Assembly (NCBI GenBank): GCA_947252645.1 | Contig: CAMXWF010000003.1 | Coordinates: forward strand, 65,974 to 129,973 | From: an uncultured Bacteroidia bacterium | GTDB taxonomy: Bacteria > Bacteroidota > Bacteroidia > Bacteroidales > CAJPTX01 | DNA length: 64,000 bases | Direction of reading: 5' to 3' | In this document: positions 45,889 to 57,574 of the stretch, piece after piece | How positions within the stretch are numbered: the stretch's first letter is position 1 | Layout: every line of letters starts with the position of its first letter | Notes under the pieces: generated by a model | Seen by the model: only the letters and a program-made list of their open reading frames with translations | Databases searched by the model: none | What the model was told of the DNA's origin: nothing | Program-made: the position numbers and the translations under genes

Positions 45889-45892
45889 CCTT

Positions 45893-45975
45893 GCTCTTAG
45901 GGGTGTCACGTGTGCGCGTGGCTGAGAAAAGACCCTCTGACCTGATCCAGTTCATACTGGCGTAGGCAAAGAGAG
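45893..45975 (+). promoter_or_regulatory. TPP (THI-box) riboswitch
   Basis: Reads GGGGTGTC...GGCTGAGA...ACCCTCTGACCTGATCCAGTTCATACTGGCGTAGGCAAAGAG. The P1 helix CTCTT/AAGAG closes the aptamer, ~90 nt upstream of thiS. Confidence 0.88.
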
Positions 45976-46061
45976 GCCGCCGAATGAAGGTGGCGATGTA
46001 GTCTAACTCCCAGGCCTCGTGCAGTGGTCCCCAGGGCGCTGGAAAGGGAGGGAGTGCGGCT

Positions 46062-46262
46062 ATGGAGATTACCGTCAACAGAGAGCAGGTGGAGTGCGCC
46101 GCGGGCACGACGCTCCAGATGCTGGTGGAGCAAGGTGGCTACGCCCAGGGGCCCGTGGCCGTGGCGATTAACCACGAGGTGGTGCCGCGGGCGGCGTGGG
46201 CAAGCACCGCGCTGAAAGCGAGCGATGCGGTGAGCATAATCTCAGCCGCCATGGGGGGCTGA
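46062..46262 (+). CDS. thiS: sulfur carrier protein ThiS
   Basis: 66 aa ending in GG, and the first gene after the TPP riboswitch. Confidence 0.88.
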   Translation: MEITVNREQVECAAGTTLQMLVEQGGYAQGPVAVAINHEVVPRAAWASTALKASDAVSIISAAMGG

Positions 46263-46291
46263 GGGCAGGAGAACGCAGAACATACTATTGA

Positions 46292-48088
<1,797 letters not shown>

Positions 48089-48097
48089 CCCTGCAGC

Positions 48098-50146
48098 ATG
48101 ATAGTGGCCATATCCCCAAGTAGTTCGGCGGGGCGGTGGGTTGATAGTCTCAACGACCTTTTCCGTGCGGGACTCTCGCGCTTGCACCTTCGCTTCCCCC
48201 ACGCCGAGGACATGCAGGAGTATGCCCGGGTGATCCATCGGGTGGATGCGAATTTCCACAACCGCATCATGGTGTGTGCCTTCCCCGCGCTGCTGGACCA
48301 CTTCGACCTTGCGGGCCTGTACTACCGCGCCGCGGAGGCCCAGAAGCTCAGGCCCACAGACGTGGCGCACCTGCGCGCCTTCGCCGTGGGGGCCCACAGT
48401 CTCCAGGAGCTCCAGGCCCTACAGGTCTGCCCAAGCTATGCCCTGCTGAGCCCCGTGTTCGACAGCATCTCGAAGGAGGGCTACAAGGGCAACCCTGCCC
48501 TAGGCCACATCCGGCAGGGGCTACAGGCGCTCCCCTTCCCCGTTGTGGCGCTGGGCGGCATCAAGGCCAGTAACCAGGCTGCGGCCCTGGCCTTGGGCTA
48601 CGACGGGGTCGCCCTCATGGGGGGGCTCTGGCAGGGGGGGCTATCCCCCCTGGAGGCCTTTTCCCACTTTACGCGGCCCCGCGTGGTGTCGGTGGCAGGC
48701 CTCGACCCGTGCGCAGGCGCTGGGCTCCTGGCCGATGCCCGCACTGCGCAGGCACTGGATGCCGACTGCTACGCCATACCCTCGTGCCTGACCGTGCAAA
48801 ACCCAAAAGAGTTCGTAAGCGCAACGGCCACCTCTGGCGACTACCAAGCGCAAGCCCTACAGACGCTCCTGGAGACCCACCCAGCCAGCGTGGCCAAAAT
48901 CGGCATGATGCCCAGCCTGGAGTCGGTGCGCCAGACAGCCCAAAGGCTTAAGCACCACGGCATCAAGACTATCGTCTGGGATCCTGTTCTCCACGCCACG
49001 CACGCGCGCGGAGGGGAATCCCTACTGCAGAAAGGCCCCGCCCTAGAGGAGATACTCCATCTGGTTTCGTTGGTTACGCCGAATCGGGAGGAGTATGCGG
49101 CCCTATTTGGTGCGCTCGACGACGAGCACGGCGCGAAGACCCTCTCGCAGCAGCACCACTGCGCTATCTTGCTCAAGGGTGGGCACGACACCCGCGAGGC
49201 CAACCTAGTGACAAACATTCTCTTTCGCGAGGGCGAGGCACTGCGCTTCACGAGCCACCGATACGCCCACGAGGTCCACGGCTCTGGCTGCATGCTCAGC
49301 TCGGCCATTGCAGCCCTGGTAGCCCACGGGAATCCCCTGCCCGTAGCGGTGGAGAAAGCCCTGCACTACATGGAGGGAGTATTCCGACACCAGGGTGGCG
49401 CGAGCGCGTCGGCTCTGAGTGCCGTACGCATGCGCAGGAGCGTTGTGGCGCAGTGCGGGAGGCTGCAGTACATCACCAATAGTGCCGACGAGGCGACCAT
49501 TTTGGCCCACGCGCAGGCCTTCCTGGAGGGAGGCGGGCGCTGGGTGCAGCTTCGCATGAAGGAGGCCACTACGGCGCGCCGCATTGCGGTGGGGCTTAAG
49601 CTCCATGCGCTCTGCCAACACCACAACGCTGTGCTGGTGGTGGATGACGACCTGGAGGCCACCAAGGCCATCGGGGCAGAGGGCGTGCATATAGGCCCCA
49701 CCGATTGCTCCCCCCAGGCAGCCCGGCGGCTGCTGGGGCCTCACTACCTCATTGGCTACACGGTGAACGACTTGCCCAATTTGCAGGTGGCGGGCAGTTC
49801 ATCGGCCGACTACGTGGGCATAGGCCCCTACCGGTATACCACGACCAAGGCCAACCCGGCGGCCCCCCTAGGCCTCAAGAAGACGGCGCTGCTGGCAGAT
49901 ACCCTGGACGACCTTAGGGCTTCTGCCTGCGGCCACGCATCGTGCTACAAGGTGGCCATAGGGGGCATAGAGGTCAAAGACGTTGAGGCCCTGCTGGAGA
50001 GGGGCCATGTTGACGGGGTAGCCGTGAGCGGGGCCATTGCGCGAAGCCGGGACATACGGGCCACGACCCGCCAGCTGGTCGAGGCCCTCGCGGGCATCCC
50101 CCAGGAGGAAGAAAAGGAGGGCGTAGCGCCCCAAGTGGACGCGTAG
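48098..50146 (+). CDS. tri-domain thiamine protein: TenI/ThiE-like + ThiD (HMP-P kinase) + ThiE (thiamine-phosphate synthase)
   Basis: 682 aa. Residues ~1-190 are a TMP-synthase-fold domain. Residues ~200-450 are ThiD-like ([28 protein letters not shown]). Residues ~460-680 are ThiE-like (QLRMKEA..., [17 protein letters not shown]). Confidence 0.8.
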   Translation: MIVAISPSSSAGRWVDSLNDLFRAGLSRLHLRFPHAEDMQEYARVIHRVDANFHNRIMVCAFPALLDHFDLAGLYYRAAEAQKLRPTDVAHLRAFAVGAHSLQELQALQVCPSYALLSPVFDSISKEGYKGNPALGHIRQGLQALPFPVVALGGIKASNQAAALALGYDGVALMGGLWQGGLSPLEAFSHFTRPRVVSVAGLDPCAGAGLLADARTAQALDADCYAIPSCLTVQNPKEFVSATATSGDYQAQALQTLLETHPASVAKIGMMPSLESVRQTAQRLKHHGIKTIVWDPVLHATHARGGESLLQKGPALEEILHLVSLVTPNREEYAALFGALDDEHGAKTLSQQHHCAILLKGGHDTREANLVTNILFREGEALRFTSHRYAHEVHGSGCMLSSAIAALVAHGNPLPVAVEKALHYMEGVFRHQGGASASALSAVRMRRSVVAQCGRLQYITNSADEATILAHAQAFLEGGGRWVQLRMKEATTARRIAVGLKLHALCQHHNAVLVVDDDLEATKAIGAEGVHIGPTDCSPQAARRLLGPHYLIGYTVNDLPNLQVAGSSSADYVGIGPYRYTTTKANPAAPLGLKKTALLADTLDDLRASACGHASCYKVAIGGIEVKDVEALLERGHVDGVAVSGAIARSRDIRATTRQLVEALAGIPQEEEKEGVAPQVDA

Positions 50147-50193
50147 GCCGCGGTGCGACAAGGATTGTGATAGAATATTCAATAGCAAAAGGA

Positions 50194-50976
50194 ATGACGA
50201 ATAAGCCGTTGGTGATAGGAGGGCATACCTTCAAATCACGTTTGTTTTTGGGAACAGGGAAGTTTGCATCCAACGAGGTGATGGCGTCGGCCATCCGGGA
50301 GTCGGAGAGCGAGCTGGTGACCATGGCCTTACGACGTGTCGACACCAAGGAGGGCGTCAACGATCAATTCATCAAGAGCATTGCGCAGCCAGGTGTGCAG
50401 CTCCTGCCCAACACCTCCGGTGCGCGGACGGCGGAGGAGGCCGTGTACGCGGCCAAGCTGGCCCGGGAGGCCCTGCAGACCAACTGGATCAAGCTGGAGA
50501 TCCACCCTGATGCCAAGTACCTCATGCCCGATCCGCTGGAGACGCTCAAGGCGACGGAGACGCTGGTGAAGGAGGGTTTTGTTGTGATGCCCTACATTCA
50601 GGCCGACCCGGTGCTTTGCAAGCGGCTGGAGGGTGTCGGGGCGCCGTGCGTGATGCCGCTGGGCTCGCCCATAGGCACCCGGCGTGGGCTAAGCACCGAG
50701 GCCATGCTAAGCATCATCATAGCCGAGAGCTTGGTGCCGGTGGTGGTGGATGCTGGGCTGGGTACGCCCTCCCAGGCTGCCCGCGCCATGGAGATGGGGG
50801 CCGACGCCGTGTTGGTCAACACGGCCATTTCAACGGCCAAGGACCCTGAGAGGATGGCCCGGGCATTCCGGCTCGCCACGCAGGCTGGCCGCCTGGCCTT
50901 CGAGATCGGGCTCCTGCAACCATCGAATGACTGGAGCGCCGTCGCCACCTCGCCGCTAGAAGGCTTCTTCGATTAA
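50194..50976 (+). CDS. thiG: thiazole synthase
   Basis: ATG at 50194 gives 260 aa with [14 protein letters not shown] and IKLEIHPD blocks. Confidence 0.92.
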   Translation: MTNKPLVIGGHTFKSRLFLGTGKFASNEVMASAIRESESELVTMALRRVDTKEGVNDQFIKSIAQPGVQLLPNTSGARTAEEAVYAAKLAREALQTNWIKLEIHPDAKYLMPDPLETLKATETLVKEGFVVMPYIQADPVLCKRLEGVGAPCVMPLGSPIGTRRGLSTEAMLSIIIAESLVPVVVDAGLGTPSQAARAMEMGADAVLVNTAISTAKDPERMARAFRLATQAGRLAFEIGLLQPSNDWSAVATSPLEGFFD

Positions 50977-50987
50977 AAATCATCACC

Positions 50988-52094
50988 ATGACGTTCTACG
51001 ACTACAAGCAGCAATTCGACTGGGCGAAAGAGCTAGCCGAGTTCGACACATTCACAGCCGCCGATGTGGAGCAGGCTCTGGCGGCCGAGCGCCCCACGCT
51101 CCGCGATTTCAAGGCGCTCATTTCCAAGGCGGGCGATGCCTACCTCGATGCCATGGCCATCAAGGCCAACAAGATCAGCGTGGCCCGCTTTGGGCGCACG
51201 GTCAGGATGTTTGAGCCGCTCTACCTCTCGAACTACTGCACCAACCACTGCGTCTACTGCGGCTTTAACCACTCCAACGCCATTCCCCGGAAAATTCTCA
51301 CAGAGCAAGAGATTTTCGAGGAGGCGCAGGCCATAGCCAAGATGGGCTTCACGCAAATCCTACTGGTGGCCGGCGAGGCCCCCCGACGGGCGGGCGTAGC
51401 CTACTACAAGCGGGCCATAGAGATCGTGCGCCCCATGTTTGACCAAATATCGCTCGAGGTGCAGCCCATGTCGGTGGAGGATTACCGTCCCTTGGTGGAG
51501 GCTGGGGCCGACTACCTGTGCGTATACCAGGAGACCTACAACGAGGCCTCGTATCCCCGTTTTCACCCTAGCGGGCTTAAGGCCAACTACCGTTTCCGGT
51601 TGGAGACCCCCGACCGTGCGGCGGCCGCTGGCTTCCGGAAGATCGGCATTGGGGCGTTGCTGGGCCTCGACAACTGGCGCTGCGACTCCTTCTACTCGGC
51701 CCTCCACCTGGACTACCTGGAGAAGACCTACTGGCGCGTCAAGGGGGCCATCTCACTTCCCCGCCTGCGCCCCCACGTGGGGTCATTCATGCCCGCCGAC
51801 CCCATCAACGATCGGGAGATGGTGCAGCTCATCTGCGCCTTCCGCATCTTCAACCCAGAGGTGGAAATCTCCGTGTCGACCCGCGAGAGTGCTAAGTTCC
51901 GCGACATGGCCATCCGCATAGGGGCCAACTCGCTGAGCGCGCAGAGCAGCACGCAGCCCGGGGGCTATGTCCACCCAGACCACGCCTTGGAGCAGTTTGC
52001 CATCAACGACACGCGCTCGCCCGAGGAGGTAGTGGCCTCGGTGAAAAGCCAAGGCTACGAGGTAGTGTGGAAGGACTGGGCCCCGTGGATGTAA
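50988..52094 (+). CDS. thiH: 2-iminoacetate synthase (radical SAM)
   Basis: 368 aa with the CTNHCVYCGF (CxxxCxxC) radical-SAM motif, in thi operon context. Confidence 0.9.
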   Translation: MTFYDYKQQFDWAKELAEFDTFTAADVEQALAAERPTLRDFKALISKAGDAYLDAMAIKANKISVARFGRTVRMFEPLYLSNYCTNHCVYCGFNHSNAIPRKILTEQEIFEEAQAIAKMGFTQILLVAGEAPRRAGVAYYKRAIEIVRPMFDQISLEVQPMSVEDYRPLVEAGADYLCVYQETYNEASYPRFHPSGLKANYRFRLETPDRAAAAGFRKIGIGALLGLDNWRCDSFYSALHLDYLEKTYWRVKGAISLPRLRPHVGSFMPADPINDREMVQLICAFRIFNPEVEISVSTRESAKFRDMAIRIGANSLSAQSSTQPGGYVHPDHALEQFAINDTRSPEEVVASVKSQGYEVVWKDWAPWM

Positions 52095-52105
52095 ATCGCG
52101 GGGCT

Positions 52106-52813
52106 ATGTCGCTCGACGAGCCGCGCTATGCCCGACAGCTCCTGATGCCCGAAATAGGCCCTGAGGGGCAGGCGCGGCTGGCAAAGGCAAAGTTACTCGT
52201 GGTGGGGGCTGGGGGCTTAGGCTCTCCAGTCCTCTACTACCTGACGGCTGCGGGCGTGGGAACGATTGGCGTGGTGGACTGCGATGTGGTCTCCCTTTCC
52301 AACCTCCAGCGCCAGATTCTCTACGCGGAGGAGGACATCGGGCTCGCCAAGCCCCAAGCGGCCAAAGCACGCCTCGAGGCGCTCAACCGCCATACGGCTA
52401 TCACGCCCTATGCCCAACGGCTAGACGGAGCCAACGTGCGGGCGATTGTCGGCCAGTACGACGTGGTGGTAGATGCCACCGACAATTACGTCACCCGCTG
52501 CCTACTCGATGAGGCCACCAGTGCCCTAGGCATACCGCTCATCTATGGCGCCATAGAGGGCTTTAGGGGTCAATGTGCCGTGCTGAATATGCCGCCTGCG
52601 GGCGCTAGCTACCGCGCCCTCTTCCCTACGCCCCCAACGGGCACGGCGCCAAGCCCCATCGGCGTGGTGGGCGCCACGGCAGGCACTATAGGCAGCGTGC
52701 AAGCAAGTCAAGCCCTCCAGCTAGCCCTTGGGCATCGCCCAAGCCTGGCCAACCAGCTCCTGGTGGTAGATCTGTGGCATGGCAGCTGGGAAACGTATAG
52801 CATCCCCCAGTAG
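52106..52813 (+). CDS. thiF: ThiF/MoeB/HesA-family adenylyltransferase
   Basis: ATG at 52106 gives 235 aa with RYARQLL and VVGAGGLGSPV Rossmann motifs. It is the last gene of the thi operon. Confidence 0.85.
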   Translation: MSLDEPRYARQLLMPEIGPEGQARLAKAKLLVVGAGGLGSPVLYYLTAAGVGTIGVVDCDVVSLSNLQRQILYAEEDIGLAKPQAAKARLEALNRHTAITPYAQRLDGANVRAIVGQYDVVVDATDNYVTRCLLDEATSALGIPLIYGAIEGFRGQCAVLNMPPAGASYRALFPTPPTGTAPSPIGVVGATAGTIGSVQASQALQLALGHRPSLANQLLVVDLWHGSWETYSIPQ

Positions 52814-52949
52814 GCTCTAGGGGGGCAGGCTGCGCAGCGCGTGGTGCCTTGGTACCCATGGATCGTGGCCCACGGTGCGGCAGGGAGAGCACCACACGCT
52901 GGTCATCGGTTGACCCGGCGTAATGGCGCATTTCCCGCGCTGCACGCGG

Positions 52950-55142
52950 CTAGTTGGCGTACTCCGAAGTGAACTGGATACGCACCATCCGCATCTCCTG
53001 CTCTGTGATGTCGTCCTCCTTGAAGGCCTCCATGCATGCGTCTAGGCTTGGGGAGGTCTCCTGGGTACGCAGGAAGTCGTAGATGTCGGCCTGGAGGTCT
53101 TGGTCCACTAGCTGGTCCACGAAGTACTTGATACTGAGGCGCACGCCGGAGTTGACCACCGATTCCACGTCGGAGAGCAGGTCGTCGAGGGATATTCCGA
53201 GCGTATCGGCCAAGTCCTCGAGGTCCATTTTGCGGTCGATGCACTGGATGAGTTCCACTTTGTGCTGTGAGCGTAGGGGCACCGTGCGCACCACCACGGC
53301 ACTCGGGGGGTCAATCTCCTGCTCCTCAACATAGCGTGCAATCAGCTCCACGAAGGGCTGCCCGTAGCGCTTGGCTTTTCCTAGGCTCACCCCCGAGATG
53401 CTGGTCAACTGCTCGAGGTCCACGGGGTACTGCAGGGTCATCTCCTCGAGCGCGGGGTCTTGGAAGATCACGTAGGGCGGTAGGTTGAGCTTGTGGGCCA
53501 AGTCGCGCCGGAGGCCCTTGAGCATTTTGAAGAGCGTATCATCCATCACCTGGGGCGCATTCTCCACGCCGGCCTCCTGGGGGGGCTGGGTATCGTATTG
53601 ATGGTCCTCCACGAGCTCTAGGCCATGGGGATGGAGCAGGAAGGCTTTGCCGGTCTCGGTGAGGCGCAGGAGTCCGTAGTGCTGGATCTCCTTGCTGAGG
53701 TAGTTGTGCAGACAGGCCTGACGCACCACGCCGGTCCAGTAGGCCTCGCCCTGGTCGCGGCCTAGCGCCCACTGCGCGAGTTTAAAATGCTCGTACATCT
53801 TGGTGTCGGTGGTCTCCTGCCCCATGATGATGTTGACCACGTGCTTGGCCCTGAAGCCTGGGCCGATGGCCTGCACGACCTGTAGCACGGTGAGCATGGG
53901 CTGCATGCCCTCAAAGTGGCGCATGGGGGCCACGCAGTTGTCACAGTGGCCGCAATTGGGCTGGTCGTATTCCTCACCAAAGTAGTGGAGCAGCATTTTC
54001 CGTCGGCAATCGCCGCCCTGGGCGTAGTCGATGGTATCCAGCAAGAGCTGGCGCCCCACCTCCTGCTCCGAGACGCTCTTACCCTGGATAAAGCGCTCCA
54101 TGCGCAGGACATCCTTGTAGGTGTAGAAGGCGATGCAGCGCCCCTCTCCGCCATCGCGCCCCGCACGGCCGGTCTCCTGGTAGTATCCCTCTAGGCTCTT
54201 GGGCATGTCGTAGTGGATTACGTAGCGCACGTCGGGCTTGTCGATCCCCATACCAAAGGCAATCGTGGCCACGATCACGTCGGCCTGCTCTTGGAGAAAG
54301 GCATCCTGGTTGTGCGAGCGGAGGGCTGTTTCCATGCCGGCGTGGTAGGGCAAGGCCTTGATGCCATTGACCTGCAGCACCTCGGCCATCTGCTCTACTT
54401 TCTTGCGGCTGAGACAATAGATAATGCCCGACTTGCCGGGATTCTCCTTGATGTAGCGGATGATCTCCCGAGTGGCGTTGAGCTTGGAGCGCACCTCGTA
54501 GAAGAGGTTGGGGCGATTGAAGGAGGCGGCAAACACGCTGGCCGTTTTGTCAATCTCGAGGTTTTTGAGGATGTCGTCCTGCACTTTTGGGGTGGCCGTG
54601 GCCGTCAGGGCCATGATGGGCGCCCGCCCTATTTCATCGATCAGGGGGCGTATGCGACGATATTCTGGTCGGAAATCGTGGCCCCATTCCGATATGCAAT
54701 GCGCCTCGTCGACTGCATAGAAGGAGGGTCGGATGTCTTGCAGAAACGACACGTTTTCAGCCTTCGTGAGCGATTCGGGGGCCACGTAGAGCAGCTTGGT
54801 CTTCTCCGCCCGCACATCCGCCTTGACCAGCTGGATCTGCTTGTGCGTCAGGCTAGAATTGAGGAAATGGGCCACGCCGTCGTCTTCGCTGTAGCCCCGC
54901 AGGGCATCCACCTGATTCTTCATCAGGGCTATGAGCGGGGAGATAATCACGGCCGTCCCGCGCAGCATGAGCGCTGGCAACTGGTAGCAAAGCGACTTGC
55001 CGCCCCCAGTAGGCATGAGTACGAAGGTGTCGTGCCCCTGCAGCAGGTTCCTTATCACCGCCTCTTGCTGCCCCTTAAACTGCTGGAAGCCAAAATAGCG
55101 CTGCAACTGCGCGCGAAGGGGTATATCCTCACGGTATTCCAT
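52950..55142 (-). CDS. recQ: ATP-dependent DNA helicase RecQ
   Basis: 730 aa with FGFQQFKGQQ, PTGGGKSLCYQLPA, AVDEAHCISEWGHDFRP and a Zn-binding CDNC motif, plus RQC, HRDC and an extra C-terminal region. Confidence 0.93.
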   Translation of the reverse strand: MEYREDIPLRAQLQRYFGFQQFKGQQEAVIRNLLQGHDTFVLMPTGGGKSLCYQLPALMLRGTAVIISPLIALMKNQVDALRGYSEDDGVAHFLNSSLTHKQIQLVKADVRAEKTKLLYVAPESLTKAENVSFLQDIRPSFYAVDEAHCISEWGHDFRPEYRRIRPLIDEIGRAPIMALTATATPKVQDDILKNLEIDKTASVFAASFNRPNLFYEVRSKLNATREIIRYIKENPGKSGIIYCLSRKKVEQMAEVLQVNGIKALPYHAGMETALRSHNQDAFLQEQADVIVATIAFGMGIDKPDVRYVIHYDMPKSLEGYYQETGRAGRDGGEGRCIAFYTYKDVLRMERFIQGKSVSEQEVGRQLLLDTIDYAQGGDCRRKMLLHYFGEEYDQPNCGHCDNCVAPMRHFEGMQPMLTVLQVVQAIGPGFRAKHVVNIIMGQETTDTKMYEHFKLAQWALGRDQGEAYWTGVVRQACLHNYLSKEIQHYGLLRLTETGKAFLLHPHGLELVEDHQYDTQPPQEAGVENAPQVMDDTLFKMLKGLRRDLAHKLNLPPYVIFQDPALEEMTLQYPVDLEQLTSISGVSLGKAKRYGQPFVELIARYVEEQEIDPPSAVVVRTVPLRSQHKVELIQCIDRKMDLEDLADTLGISLDDLLSDVESVVNSGVRLSIKYFVDQLVDQDLQADIYDFLRTQETSPSLDACMEAFKEDDITEQEMRMVRIQFTSEYAN

Positions 55143-55311
55143 CTATACCCTTTTCCCCCTGTGTATCTGGCTTCTGATACGTGTTTTCAAGCACAGCTCT
55201 AGACCCACAGCAACAAGCACCATCGCCCACGCCGAGCCTGAAAGAAAATGACTCCCTCTCTCCTCTTGCATACCTCTCCTGCCCACCAGGGTAGACTTAA
55301 TAACCCTTATT

Positions 55312-55319
55312 CAAAGGTA
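55312..55319 (-). promoter_or_regulatory. -7 promoter box (TACCTTTG), presumably recQ (170-nt leader)
   Basis: TAnnTTTG consensus. The distance to the recQ ATG is unusually long. Confidence 0.45.
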
Positions 55320-55859
55320 CAAATATTCCCGCGAACGCCATAGAGTCCATGGCTGCGAGGCTGCCCCAAGGGCATTTCGGGCTACACGTAACATCACGTT
55401 ACCCACCACCCGTACACCCATAATGACAATGGACGCAAAGCCCCTACCCCACGGCCACTGAAACCTACACGCCTTCCCAGATAGGCCTAATGGCTGCGCC
55501 GAGGTGAGCAGGACTCCCGATGGTAGGGGACCCAATCCTCCCTCCGCAATGCCCTCCTCGTAGCAAGTCTTCTTCCTCCTCGCCGCCCTCTTGAGACCGA
55601 CCACCCAGACGCAGGGCTTGCCAAGGCCTGTGGGACAATATGGGCATTCCCCGTATGCCTGCGGGGCTGTGGTAGGCTGCTGGTATTTTAGGCCTGGAGA
55701 GAAAACTATTGCAGGCAAAGTGTGCAGTAGAGTGATGGGGGGCTTGCTGCGCAAAGGTCCATGGGGCGCATATCGGCCTCGTGGGGCCCCCGACGCCAAG
55801 GTCAACGGGCCAACCGGATGAGGGGCTCTCAAGGGCTATAGCACAGGGCAAGGAAGGCA

Positions 55860-55893
55860 GCAAAAGGCCCTCCCCGCGCCAGGCGGAGAGGGC
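55860..55893 (-). terminator. intrinsic terminator after TonB paralog 1
   Basis: 11-bp stem (55867-55877 / 55883-55893, one G-U pair), followed on the minus strand by CTTTTG. Confidence 0.65.
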
Positions 55894-55916
55894 TCAATCA
55901 GACAAACGACGGGGGC

Positions 55917-56684
55917 CTAATTCAGGGCAAACACCACCATCACGTTAGACGCCACACGCACTGGCTTACCATTGCGGGTGCCTGGCTTCCAGCGCGGGCT
56001 CTCGCGCACCACCCTGAGAGCCTCGCGGTCGAGCAGGGGATCGACTCCCTTTGTCACCTTGACGTTACTCACCTTGCCATCACGCTCAACCACAAACGAC
56101 ACCCGCACTGTACCATAAACACCCATCTCGGCGGCCACCTGCGGGTAGACGATATTCTGGTTGATGTACTCCTGGAACTTCTTCATGCCGCCCCCCCGGA
56201 ACTTGGGCATAACATCGGCCTTGGTGATGATCTGGTTGTAGTCGAAATTGTCCACAGGCTCGGGCTCCGGTTCGGGCGCGGCGGGTTTCTCCACCACTGG
56301 TGCAGGCTCCTCTTTCTGGACAGGGGCGGGTGTTGGTTTTGGTGTGACCTCTGGCGCCGCGGGCTCTGCTTTCGGCTCGGGCTTGGCTTGCACAGGGGCC
56401 TCCACCACGGGGGCTGGGCTAGGCTTGGGCTTGGGCTCAACCTTTGGGGCTGGCTTGCGGGCAGGGGCAGGCCTTGGGGTCTCCACGGGCGCCGGCTGTA
56501 CCACTGGCTCTGGCTGCGCAGGCTCTGGCGTAACCTCGGGAACCTTCGCCTCCTCCACGGGGGCTGGCGGCGTATCGACTGGCGTCTCTACCTGCTTACC
56601 CCGGTAATAGTCCACTGCAAAGTAAACCCCCAATGCCAATAGGACTATCACTATTCCCAGTGCGACTAGTGTCTTTCTACGCAT
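55917..56684 (-). CDS. TonB-family protein, paralog 1 (Pro/Ala/Glu-rich linker)
   Basis: 255 aa with an N-terminal TM helix, a PEPxP-rich linker and a C-terminal TonB domain (VRVSFVVERDGKVSNVKV...). Confidence 0.85.
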   Translation of the reverse strand: MRRKTLVALGIVIVLLALGVYFAVDYYRGKQVETPVDTPPAPVEEAKVPEVTPEPAQPEPVVQPAPVETPRPAPARKPAPKVEPKPKPSPAPVVEAPVQAKPEPKAEPAAPEVTPKPTPAPVQKEEPAPVVEKPAAPEPEPEPVDNFDYNQIITKADVMPKFRGGGMKKFQEYINQNIVYPQVAAEMGVYGTVRVSFVVERDGKVSNVKVTKGVDPLLDREALRVVRESPRWKPGTRNGKPVRVASNVMVVFALN

Positions 56685-56775
56685 AATTGCTATCTGCTTA
56701 TATCCTCACGACCTCCCCGGCTCAAGATCTGCGCAGCGACAGGCTAGAGGCTGCCCTGCCCCCGGGGGTTGTGCG

Positions 56776-56783
56776 CAAAGGTA
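56776..56783 (-). promoter_or_regulatory. -7 promoter box (TACCTTTG) for TonB paralog 1
   Basis: TAnnTTTG consensus ~92 nt upstream of the ATG at 56684. Confidence 0.55.
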
Positions 56784-57516
56784 CAAAAAACGTTGGAGCC
56801 GAGCGCAAGCTGATCTGGTGGGTGCAGCACCCACACCGCTAGCCCGCGAACCGCACAGCCCTGCGTGCGTGTGCCTGGATAAACAGGCATATGGCTGCTT
56901 GCGCCATTAGAACACACCTCGTCGTTTCAATTTGCGCCGGGCAGGCTGGGGTCAAAAAGTCCCACTGTACGCAACACAAAACAACGGCTGCCAATGGCTA
57001 CAAAAGCCTCTGCAAAACATACAGAACGCCGATTTAGAGTAATTTACCTTCAACGATATATGTAACCTCTCAAGGACATTGCCGTGCAGCACCTTCATGA
57101 TACAAAGCAACCGCTGGACATCGTGGGAAGCCCCCAACATCGCGCAAAGAGGTAGCAAGGGGAAAAGTCCGTACGGGCTAAGCCCTGCCTGGGAGCGCAA
57201 CCCAAGCCATGAGAGCCCTCAGCTGCCTGTGGTCCGCAAGCCCGCCCTGGGCTATACCCACGCTCACGGCAAGCACAATGGCCCTACACCCTAGCGACTC
57301 CCCTGCCGGGCTGCAAATCATGGTGCTGACGCACCTAGTACCAGTCCCTAGCTGTCCTGCTGCAGTGGGCAGGCGACACCTAGCCCAAGAAGGCATCACC
57401 GCGCCGAACCACGCCTAAGGAGTGGGGCGTCTGGGGGTAAGCGAGCTAGGCCCTACGGGCGTAGGACTGGCTAAAAGTAGGTCCACAAAACCTCCCTTGT
57501 GCGCACCATGGCATGG

Positions 57517-57552
57517 AGAAAAGAAAAAGGGCTTCAGCCCCTGCTGAAGCCC
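57517..57552 (-). terminator. intrinsic terminator after TonB paralog 2
   Basis: 10-bp perfect stem GGGCTTCAGC / GCTGAAGCCC (57529-57552), followed on the minus strand by TTTTTCTTTTCT. Confidence 0.85.
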
Positions 57553-57574
57553 TGCATGCTGCGCTAAAACTGGG

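Noticed and set aside
55311-55863. Two overlapping minus-strand ORFs (173 and 132 aa) in the recQ / TonB-paralog-1 spacer.
   Set aside because: They have low-complexity Pro/Gly/Ala/Arg-rich translations, no recognisable motifs, mutually overlapping frames and no promoter box.
55838-55866. CAAGGAAGGCAGCAAAAGG, superficially like the SRP RNA GGAAGGAAGCAGC motif.
   Set aside because: It is not an exact match, has no complementary helix-8 partner, and the segment is better explained as the approach to the TonB-paralog terminator hairpin.
57148-57200. GGGGAAAAGTCCGTACGGGC, reminiscent of the RNase P RNA P4 strand (GAGGAAAGTCCGGGC).
   Set aside because: The obligatory 3' partner (ACAGAACCCGGCTTA-like) and other universally conserved RNase P blocks are absent within several hundred nt on the same strand.
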